A stretch of DNA of 37,699 nt from Hydrurus foetidus (taxonomy: Eukaryota). The position numbers and the translations under genes were made by a program. The notes beneath the pieces were generated by a model that saw only the letters and a program-made list of their open reading frames with translations, was not told the origin of the DNA and did not search any database. The first letter of the stretch is position 1; the number at the start of each line of letters is the position of its first letter. Location: positions 1 through 37,699 of the forward strand of contig UYFQ01000040.1 of the NCBI GenBank assembly GCA_900617105.1, written 5' to 3'. Below, one piece after another: positions 1 through 10,200 of this stretch.

Positions 1-161
1 AGCGAGAGAGAGTGTATATGTGTGAGAGTGTGTGTGCGTGTGCAGGATCATGTAGAAATAACATTTTGTCAGCATTTATCATAAGATTATAAATGTCTAA
101 TAAACAAACTCCAACGCTGGTTCACTGAAGGTACAGCCAGGGCTGTTTCTCTGTGCTTAAC

Positions 162-427
162 GTCCCCAGCAAGCTGTGGTTCTTGTGTTTAACACAGATT
201 GCTGAGGACGGCAGAGGAGCCATTTATCTTAAGATGATAAATGGCTCCTCTACGAAACCCTTCGCTATTTCACTGACAAACAACAATCCTTCGCTGTTTC
301 ACTGACAAACAGCAATCCTTGGCTGTTTCACTGACAAACAGACAATCCAGAGCTGCTTTACTTCAAAAATTGGGGTCCCCAGCGATCTGTGGTGCTTGCA
401 TTTAACACAGATCGCTGGGGACGGCAG
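162..427. repeat. Two copies of a 48-nt hairpin (162-209, 375-422) enclosing a 39-nt palindrome (213-251) and a 29-30 bp tandem repeat x3 (259-348)
   Basis: Copy 2 stem GTCCCCAGCGATCTGTG/CACAGATCGCTGGGGAC is a perfect 17 bp; copy 1 has 2 mismatches; both are followed by GGCAG. AGAGGAGCCATTTATC/GATAAATGGCTCCTCT is a 16-bp stem. Tandem unit CTTCGCTGTTTCACTGACAAACAGCAATC. Confidence 0.85.
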
Positions 428-1775
428 CGAAATTCCTGATGATAATTCGAGTTAGGGACATATATGAGCTAATCTGATTGAAAGCCATTGAGTAGAAGTC
501 ATCATGCAACATGAAAATCAAAGGTGCAGGGAATCAAAGGCATTTCCTTGACTCCAGCACGAGAAAAAGTCACCCATTTTTTAAGGGAAAAATATGGCAC
601 TTGAATGTTTACTAAAAGATGAGCTCACCATTAACAGGAAAAGTACCGACGGCTCCAGATGACCCGAGATGCGCTCTCACTTTTTCCTGATTCTCGGGCA
701 ACAGAAAGAATGGCAAAAGGGTCAGCAAGGTTTTGAAAATCATCAACATAAGTCGCTGCAAAAACAAAATTCAGTTGTAGTCCAGAGCAACATTTGAGTA
801 TCGAACCTGGTAAAGTTGGCCTTCTGGAGAAGCCCAAGCTACTCAGAAGCTCCACCGCTAGAGAAATGGTGGAGCTCTGGTATCAGCTAGAATTGTGCGC
901 AGAGACGAATATACTGGATGACAGTTGGGTACACTTCCAAACTTTGGGTACATTTTCACGGTTCTCAAATCCGTAACAGGAAGAATTTAAAATACTGACG
1001 TTTAGTGCCCTATCATCATCAATAATTTTTTATATTTAATTCCCTTCGGCCAAATCACTAATCTTTACATGGTCTTCAACATGCACTATTCAGAAGTCAA
1101 TAATTCGATCATTGAAAATAGTTGTGGGTGAAAAACTGAAAAGGTGTTATGGACCAAGAAATTCGAATGAAAGGGGGCTCTGTACTACTGTAGGTATTTA
1201 TTTTTGCATTTGCAGTTTACATTGTACGATATACGCGACAAGTCTAAGGTGTGCGAGACTCTTTAAATTTCATGCCCATTGATAATGCTGTAAGTTGTTG
1301 TTGTAGTGAAGTTTCTATCCTTTCTCTCAAAAATGTCGAACTGTTTTTAAAATGATACACGCGAGATTGTTTATGACGCAATAATCAGTTATTAGCATTC
1401 CATAATTAACAGTCCTATTCCCCCCGGAGTTATTCGTACGATTCATCCCCTGAATATTTGCTCTATCTTATGTGCCCCACCTAACTTTAAAAAGAACAAT
1501 CAAGTGATGAGTGATTACACGCATAGTCTTCCGTTCCGATGGAGGATTTGAAGTGACAAAATTATGATGCTATATTAGCTTTACTCCTGCCAGAGTCTTT
1601 ACTCGGTCAAGAAGATTCGCCACTCAGTAGTTCAATATCGAACTGTGCATTGTGCACCCTGTTCTCAGAAGAATCGTATGAATTTGATGCTGAATGCTGA
1701 ATACGGATTTTCGATGAACTATTTGGATTTTTACAAGCGGAAATAATTTACCGGGGTACTGGATTGAGAGATTCG

Positions 1776-2380
1776 TGTACTGAATTAATAGTTTGATGTA
1801 CTGAATTCTATACTAACTGATAGGATTAGGGTTAGGAATAGGGTGAAGATTAGGGTTAGGGTTAGTGTTAAAAGGTTAGAGTCAGAGTCAGAGTCAGAGT
1901 CAGAGTCAGAGTCAGAGTCAGAGTCAGAGTCAGAGTCAGAGTCAGAGTCAGAGTCAGAGTCAGAGTCAGAGTCAGAGTCAGAGTCAGAGTCAGAGTCAGA
2001 GTCAGAGTCAGAGTCAGAGTCAGAGTCAGAGTCAGAGTCAGAGTCAGAGTCAGAGTCAGAGTCAGAGTCAGAGTCAGAGTCAGAGTCAGAGTCAGAGTCA
2101 GAGTCAGAGTCAGAGTCAGAGTCAGAGTCAGAGTCAGAGTCAGAGTCAGAGTCAGAGTCAGAGTCAGAGTCAGAGTCAGAGTCAGAGTCAGAGTCAGAGT
2201 CAGAGTCAGAGTCAGAGTCAGAGTCAGAGTCAGAGTCAGAGTCAGAGTCAGAGTCAGAGTCAGAGTCAGAGTCAGAGTCAGAGTCAGAGTCAGAGTCAGA
2301 GTCAGGGTTAGGGCTAGAGTTAGGGTGTATTAAGTACATCAAACTATTAATTCAGTACATCAAACTATCAATTCAGTATA
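1776..2380. repeat. (GTCAGA)~70 satellite embedded in degenerate TTAGGG repeats and bracketed by 27-bp inverted repeats; probable non-autonomous element
   Basis: GTCAGA array 1881-2304; TTAGGG variants 1822-1880 and 2301-2326; 1776-1802 TGTACTGAATTAATAGTTTGATGTACT is the exact reverse complement of 2333-2359. Confidence 0.9.
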
Positions 2381-2840
2381 CCATTAATTAGGTCGCTTTT
2401 TATAAGTCACATTCCGAATTCCAACTCGAACTTTTGCTGGACATTTCTGCACATCTCTTGAGCTCAGTGATCGGCATTCACGAAAAATAAAATATACCTA
2501 TCAGTTAATCTGAAATCAGAAACAATGGCGACCTGGGACTTCGTCATGGACCCCAGTTTCAGGAGACTGTTTGTTTTATTTACTGTGTCAACAAGTATCA
2601 AGTGGAAGTTGACTCGGAAATAACACCCTCATAAGAGTGGATGAATATGACGCTCTTTGCAGCATCAAAACCGCCAATATAAGAAGCCGCTCAGTAGCAG
2701 CGAGAAATTACTCATTGTCAATGCGTCTGCGTGGTCGATCAGAAGTCGCGAATTCAAAAAAATAGATAAAGTCTTCTGTGGACATTTACTGCGAGGCGTT
2801 CATTGCTCACAATTCTACGAACGACAGCTAGACCAAGGCG

Positions 2841-4532
2841 ATGACGACTTCAAATGCAACAAGAATACCGTCCTGGATAAATAAGATGCTGATATTCCAC
2901 CGACTATTAGGAAGTGATGATGAGAATGCAACCTCCGAAGAACGTGCGGAGAGACTTCTCTTCTATTCATCGAACAGTTCTTCTCCTACCTCCGAATCAA
3001 AAGACATTCTTATGAGAACTCGAGAAGGAAGTGAAAAAGGTGGCACATCTGGTGATACAGTGATCAGGACTGCAATAATGCGCAATGAAGATGACACGAG
3101 AATCAACAACAGCAAAAGTGAATATTCCACTGAAGATGATGAGGAAAAAGAAATGAATGATGCCGAATATAATCGTATGAAGGAGACAACAGAGAAATAC
3201 ATAAAAAGAGTGATGAAAGAAGCGGGCTTGAATAATTTACTAAACGTTAAGAAAGAAATCCCGATTGATTCCTATGGAGAAAAAGAACTTTCTTTATTGC
3301 ACATGTTAGAGAGCCTTCTGCATTTCTCAAAGAAATTTTGCCGAAACAAAGTTGAAATAATTCTGACTGAGAAGTTCTTTTGGTGTTTTTATGAATGTGA
3401 AGAAAATGTAATTATGTGCGCAGCAGTAAAAATGGTGGAAAAAAACGGAATAAAAAAAAGTGAAATGAATCGCCATGAAATAACGACTATGCTGAAAAAG
3501 TTTTATCATATTTTTGTTTTTCAACATGGAACATTTCATTCCATTTTGTATGGTACAAAAAAGAAGCGAAAAGTTTCATTCAGCGAAAATAACTGTAATG
3601 TTGTAAATGAAAATATTTCAGTGAAAATAGATAACAGTACGGGTAGCACTGATGATGACGAAAATAATAAAAATGGAAATAGCAGCATTCAAAATATTGT
3701 ACAAAGAATTCCATTTAAAGATTTTGAAGATGCAAAACCTTTTCAAATTAATCATGGGGAAGATTTAAAAAATGGACTTAATGATATTAAGAGAAAAGTT
3801 GAACACAAATTAGACGTTAATACTAAATTAAATAATGCCGCGTATATTGCTCATTTGTCAAATGATAATATACAACCCGATGGGCAGCATTGTGCTGAAT
3901 TGACAGTTGATAATCTCTTGAGCATTAATGTCGATGTCGATGATAATGAAGAAAATGATGAGGCTAAACACATTTTCAGTGGAAAACATATCGAAGAAAT
4001 AAAAAAAAATAGTTATGGCTATGAAAATAAAGATTTGAAAAAAAGTGTTGATAACATTCCCAACTGCAATAAATGCTCAACTGACAAAAGTAATGATATG
4101 ATTAATAAAGATTTAAATGAGTGTAATAATTCGAATGAATTTCGTCGGACAGTAATCTATTCAAAACCCGACTCTCAAACAATTCTTCAATTAAAACTCA
4201 AAATTTCGTCATTTGTTACGGGAGCGGATAGTCACATTGCACATTTTCCTAGAAGTAAAGGTGGTGATAATGTTGATAATGACTTCATCGAAAATTATGT
4301 TGAATTGAGAAATAATGACGTACTTAATAATAGCCAAGAGATACCAGATTCATTTCTAGACACTGATGTAAAAGAAAGTTTTTCTGATGATTATATACAA
4401 AAAAACAATGTTAGAGCGAGTAAAATCTATACTTTAATGCAGAAAAAAGAAATTCATGATGATATTCAACTTTCTAAAATGAAAAAAATTCGAAATTTCA
4501 CACTTCAAAAAATATTTCAGTATTTTAAATAA
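2841..4532 (+). CDS. CCZ1: CCZ1-like protein (first longin domain of the CCZ1/HPS4/INTU family) with Asn/acidic low-complexity insertions; 3' end uncertain
   Basis: 563-aa ORF. Motifs LIFHRLLGSDDE..ERLLFY, LESLLHFSKKF..IILTEK..FYECEENVIMCAAV and MLKKFYHIFVFQHGTF follow the order and pattern I recall for CCZ1 longin-1 (KILFY, EAIVQFTRTF, EPEENFWMVMV, LRQCYSMYKLFNGTF). Recognised by eye. Confidence 0.65.
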   Translation: MTTSNATRIPSWINKMLIFHRLLGSDDENATSEERAERLLFYSSNSSSPTSESKDILMRTREGSEKGGTSGDTVIRTAIMRNEDDTRINNSKSEYSTEDDEEKEMNDAEYNRMKETTEKYIKRVMKEAGLNNLLNVKKEIPIDSYGEKELSLLHMLESLLHFSKKFCRNKVEIILTEKFFWCFYECEENVIMCAAVKMVEKNGIKKSEMNRHEITTMLKKFYHIFVFQHGTFHSILYGTKKKRKVSFSENNCNVVNENISVKIDNSTGSTDDDENNKNGNSSIQNIVQRIPFKDFEDAKPFQINHGEDLKNGLNDIKRKVEHKLDVNTKLNNAAYIAHLSNDNIQPDGQHCAELTVDNLLSINVDVDDNEENDEAKHIFSGKHIEEIKKNSYGYENKDLKKSVDNIPNCNKCSTDKSNDMINKDLNECNNSNEFRRTVIYSKPDSQTILQLKLKISSFVTGADSHIAHFPRSKGGDNVDNDFIENYVELRNNDVLNNSQEIPDSFLDTDVKESFSDDYIQKNNVRASKIYTLMQKKEIHDDIQLSKMKKIRNFTLQKIFQYFK

Positions 4533-5352
4533 CTAAAAATTTGAATGAAACATTTTTACAATTTTTTTTCTGACGGGTTCTGGATTTTGGTTTTTCTTTC
4601 ACGAAGAATTATCGACCATTAACTGCATTATTTAAACTTTCGTCTCCCAATTTTTAGATGCAATTTTTCTGAAGGCCGCTATTTTGCAATCTTTCTTTGA
4701 TGTGGAGTCCTAATAAGACAATTGAAAATCGAAATTAAAATGGAAAAAAAACATTTTTACAACCTGTCAGTGAAATTTGAAATTTTGAGGGAACAACAAT
4801 TCAACTTTAATAGCGAGTTTTTCATTTTCATTTTTCTAATTTAATTTGTGATGTTATCACATCATCGTATTAGCGATGAAATGGAATGAGATGAAATGGG
4901 GTAGGGGGCGGGATTAATTTCATTCTTTGCAATTTTATACAGTGATGATAAGTGCGGTAATTGCTATTTCCTATGCGTCAAAAAACAAAATCAATTTTGA
5001 GCCTATCATTATTCAAATCATGTGTAATTTGCAATCTTTTTAATCTTCATTATTATGATTAATCAGTAAGCGAGAGAGAGTCGAACCTCTAATTCCAACT
5101 TTTCTTGCGACCCATCCTTTTTTCGCGTAACCCCCTATTACAAGCCTCAAAGAACACCAAAATAACACCAATATTATCCCAGTAGTCCTCATGTAGTTTC
5201 ATAGATGCTGATTATCAGTGTTATTACAATCATTATTATCATTACAACTGTATCATTATTACCATCATCGCTATGATCACCGTTTTCACACATTATCAAT
5301 ACTATCATTTCGCTATTAGCACAATACTAAATACTAAATACTAATAATAAAA

Positions 5353-5460
5353 GCACATACACACACACACATACATACACACACACGTACACACACACAC
5401 ACACACACAATAACACACAGACACACACACATCCACACACAACACACACACACACACTCC

Positions 5461-5536
<76 letters not shown>

Positions 5537-5541
5537 CACAC
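5353..5541. repeat. (CA)n microsatellite, interrupted
   Basis: About 190 bp of CA dinucleotides. Confidence 0.98.
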
Positions 5542-5758
5542 GAAAGGGGCTGGATCATTTTCATGCATTCTGACATCTTCATTCATCTCTTACAATACTG
5601 TGACTTGTAAATGGATAGAGAGCAGTTCCCAACCTTCCACTTTCCAACACTTCTTTTCCTGCCCATTCCCTTGATACTTGATTTTTATGTGCATGTATCT
5701 TTTCCTTTGCTTCGGTGGTCAACGATTTAATTCAACTCAGCGCAACGCTACGAGATTT

Positions 5759-6073
5759 CAAGGGCTGGGGGCCGAGTTGGACAAAGGTCGGACAGTCCGA
5801 CTCGGCCCGTCCCACCCGGACAGTGTCCGACTTTTATTTTCGGTCCGACATTTGTCCGACTGTCCGATACGTCGTCCTCGACCGACTAGTGTCCGACTTT
5901 ATCACCATTTTTTCGCTCCTATCACCAAAATGATACGGTTTTTGGTCATTTTTGTCCTACTCTCATCCGACTTTTTGCCCGACTTTCGTCCGAGTAAATG
6001 TCAGACTGTCCATCCGACATTTCTAGGTCTGTCCCCGGTCCGACTTTTATTTTTGAGTTGGCCACCACCGCTA
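5759..6073. mobile_element. GC-rich MITE-like element with about 10 copies of a TCCGAC motif
   Basis: (G)TCCGAC(T) recurs at about 5795, 5825, 5843, 5854, 5891, 5965, 6012 and 6038, inverted at about 5786. Weak terminal inverted similarity AGGGCTGGGGGCCGAGT vs AGCGGTGGTGGCCAACT. No TSD identified. Confidence 0.5.
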
Positions 6074-7213
6074 CTGTAGTGATTTCACATACATGAATTG
6101 TCACGTGCTGTACATCTGTGAAGTAGAATACAGTACAGTACATCGTAGCTAGTACACAAAATCAAATCGAAATGCATGGTATTAAATAGAAAATTCGGTC
6201 AGTCTCGATAGGAGCTATTCTATCACGGTAAACTTCATGTTCCGGTAAATTTTAACCGTAGGCTTTCTCTCTAAAATTTTGGAAAAAAAATGAAATCCAA
6301 TCTATGTGAAGTGTTTAAATAATTATTGTGAAAAAATAAGTAACAGCTAATCTTGGGAAAGAAGTTATAAATCGGTGAAATAAAACACTCAGATCCGTAT
6401 TTGATTTCATGTAATATAGACAATAAAAGAATAATAATGAACTTAGACATAGGGATTTTCTTTTTATTTTCCCCTCTAAATATCGTTTCATTAATGATTG
6501 TAGTACTATTTCGCGATATTTACATATCAAATAATTGTTATATGAATATTTTGTATCGTTCATTTCATACTAAAAATAAGAAAAAAAAGAGAAACGATCG
6601 AGTCTGTTTTTTGTAACAGTGACATTTTTAAATTTTAACCTAATGGAAAATTACACATAACATTCTTGATTTCACTTGACACGCAAATTTATTCTGTTTC
6701 GACTCGACTCGACTCGACTCGACTCGACTTTAGTTATTCGTCAAATTATATCACAACAAATTCATTTTTCTTTTCCATTTTTTATTTTTCATGGCGAGAA
6801 AAATTGTGATTTTTTATTTTCATTTTTTTCATTCGGTTACTATAACTTTCCTTTTATTTTTTCCTTTTTCATTTTATGAGATCAGTCTTCAGAAATGTAG
6901 GGTTGGTCTTTCTATCCGGAATGTAGCACGTCAATAATGTGATTCATCACTTGATAAATTCGAAATATTTTACATTATGAAAAATCGGGTATTTTTTGCT
7001 GTGACGTCTCACAAATTGAAGCACTTTAAAATGTGTATTAAAAATACTAATTTTGTGTATTAAAAATACTAATTATTAGCTCCGTATAAGGAATTTCATT
7101 TAGTCGTCACCGTTACTTTTCTTTTTGATTTTTTCATCACTCTAATGCTTTCATTCTCATAGAGATCTCAATAATTTAATATCTTAAAATGCATCATTTT
7201 GTACGATTTATCG

Positions 7214-10200
7214 TCATTTCCACGAAGATAAAAATGATCCGATTATTCCTCTGTGCGGTACAGCAGTGGGTAAACTCTCATTTGATTTGAAATATTGTAA
7301 TGATCGAGTGTTCGTCACCGTTGTTGTTATCGTTGTTGTACTTGTATTTGTTTGAGTATTTATTGATGCTTTACTCAGTAAATCCTTTTTCATTTGCTGT
7401 CTTCGAATCCTGAAAATGAAAATGAAAATGAAAAAAAAAGTGAAAAATGAAGAGTAAAAATGGAAACAAAAAATAAAGATAAAGGTTAATGATGATAATA
7501 GTAATTTTATTCATATGAAAAAAAACACAGATAAAAAGATAATTTATGACAACAAGTTCAGATATTCATCCCGTTTCGAGACGAGATTTTCTTACTACGA
7601 AGTTGAGGAGAACTATAAGGTAAATTAGAATGAAATATAAATTGATATTAGTACCTCAATAAATCCCCTTGGGTAATTTCTTCTTCTGCGCTCTGTGATG
7701 AACACGATTATGTTTATAAGTTAAATTATAATGTTAAATTATAATGTTAAATTATATTGTTAAATTATAATGTTAAATTACAATGTTAAATTACAATGTT
7801 AAATCATAATCTTAAATTATAAATTTAAATTATAATGTTAAGTCATAATGTTAAATTATAATGTTAAATTATAATGTTAAATCAATGTTAAATCATAATG
7901 TTAAATTACAATGTTAAATTACAATGTTAAATTACAATGTTAAATTACAATGTTAAATTACAATGTTAAATTATAATGTTAAATTATATTGTTAAATTGT
8001 AATGTTAAATTATAATGTCAAATAACTTTGTTATACATATGTTACCATTGCAAAAGAAAAATTTGAGCTGAATAATGAACGGGAAAAAATTGTATGAATG
8101 AACTTACAAATGTTCTAGAAGAAAAAGGCATGATTTTTTTGGTCATCAAAATTACCTCTGCGCATTCTTTCGCATCTTTATCTCTTTCTCTATGACTTCT
8201 TACAATAGAAGAAATTTCTATCTTATCAGCTTTTTCTCGTTCTCTCTCCCATTCTTTTCCCGCTCTATCTCGTTCCCTATCTCTTTCTCTCTCCCTTTCT
8301 TTATCCCCCCTATCCCTTTCCCTGTCCCTATCTCTCTCCCTATCTCTTTCCTTCTCTCTTTCTTTTTCTCCTTCTTTATCCCCTCTGAAATTTTCCAGAT
8401 CCGCAATTCCTCTTGTATCAGCATAAAAATTGGAATTTTTTTTCGTGCCTGTACTGAACGTACTCTCTGTACTGCACTGACTTCCGCTTGCAATTGATTT
8501 GCAACTACCCTGATAAATAAAAAGGAGGTTAGAAGTCGTGAAGAGAAGTCAGGTGAGGTGAGGTAACGTGGTGTGTTCGTGCACGTACATACTAAAAGTG
8601 TAAAAGAATAAATGAAAGCGAAAAAAAGAAGAAAATGAAGAAGAGTAGAAAAAGTAGGGACAGAGTAGAAAAGAAGGAGGGAATAAAAAGGCAGGGTAGA
8701 GGGGGAAAAGAAGGTAAGGAAGGACTAGGATGGAATGAGAATAATTGACAAACGAGTCCAATTTAAATGGAAATAATGAAAGAAGGAAGCCAGTGTGTAT
8801 TGTATGTGTATGTAGTGTGTATTGCATGTGTTTTTTTGTGTAATTGTTTGTTGTTGTGCGCTATTGTTAGGGGGGATCTGGAAGCACGTGTTTTGATTGT
8901 GATCTGATATGATCTACTGTAATGCTGGACCCAGACCATCACAAAGCCAAAACAGCTAAAAACATTTCTACTTCTGTTCTAAAAATAATATTTGTCAAAA
9001 GAAAAAGTGTCTTTGAATTGTCGATTATAGCTGTGTGGTGGTGTAGATAAATAATTAAATTAGAGCATCGATAAAACACGAGCATTGATGTCAGAGGAGA
9101 GGGAGTTGTGTAGATAGAAAGATGACAGTAAACGTACGTACGATATGAACTAGTGAATGCATGAGGGAGAAAAAGGCTGCGAAATAAAAGGATAGAATGA
9201 AAGAAAATGAAGGAAAGAATAAAAGAAAGAAAGGGAGGAAGAAAGAAAAGTAAGGAAGGAAGGAAGGTAGGAAGAAAGGAGGGAAGAAAGGAAAAAAGAA
9301 AGGTAGAATGAAGGAAAGGAAGAATAAAAAAAAGGAAGAAAGAAAGTAGTGGTTAAATATCTAAAAAATAAATATGGAAAATAGGAACAAAAAAATGAAA
9401 TTAAATGTAAGAAAAAAGAATAATAACAATAAAACTGGAATATTTAGCTGTCAAAGATCAATATTTTACCTGTATATCTTTCATGTATTGTTGTTGGGGA
9501 CCTATGATGCTTCCTGGCCGAACAATACGTAGCCATCCGATCACCTACAATACGGTAAACGGTATAATTACACCGTCAAATTATGTAGTATAGGAGTTTA
9601 TAGCAGTATGTTGAAGTGAATATACCGTAACGGTAACGGTAACGATTACCGTAAAAATTAATCAAAGATGCTCGAATGAAGAAAATGTTTTGGAAAATCA
9701 ATTATCATACAGATTATATTCAATAAATAAATCTATCAGAATATAGAAATGGTAAAAATATACCGTAGACGGTTGAATTTTTACCTCTTCCGCTGTGAAT
9801 TTATAGTGCTTCATTATGTAGCATCCGATTAGACAACCCGTTCGTCCCAATCCTGCCTTGCAGTGCACCGCAATTGCACCTCTAGAAAAAAAGTGAAAAA
9901 AAAGTAGATGAGAAATAAAAATGAGGTAGCGGAGGTGGATGCGGAGTGATGAGTGAGTAGGAGGCAGATGTGACGAAAAAATAAAAGTTATGTCAATCAT
10001 AACAACTATGATGATGATTATAGATAAAAAAAAAGATAAAAATGAGGAGAAAAAAGGAATAAAAAGAGTAGATGAAAGTGTAGCGCAAGAGGTGTAAAAA
10101 AGAAATAAGAATGAAATTAGGACTAGGAATGAAAGGTATCGTTATCAAAGTAGAAGAAATAAAAAAAATTGTTCCGCATGAATAGTCTCAATATTTTTTA

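Noticed and set aside
430..1750. Short ORFs and coding-like composition
   Set aside because: Stops in all frames examined and no recognisable motif; possibly decayed transposon sequence.
1785..2391. Poly-(SD)/(SE) ORFs resembling staphylococcal Sdr repeats
   Set aside because: Translation of a perfect hexamer satellite with no synonymous variation and no flanking domains.
5327..5586. Cys/Val-rich ORFs
   Set aside because: Translation of the (CA)n microsatellite.
8192..8497. ORF-track proteins of 101 aa (+) and 91 aa (-)
   Set aside because: Wrong frames; the real exon is the third minus frame (GSCKS...RDRERD...KECAE) bounded by AG/GT.
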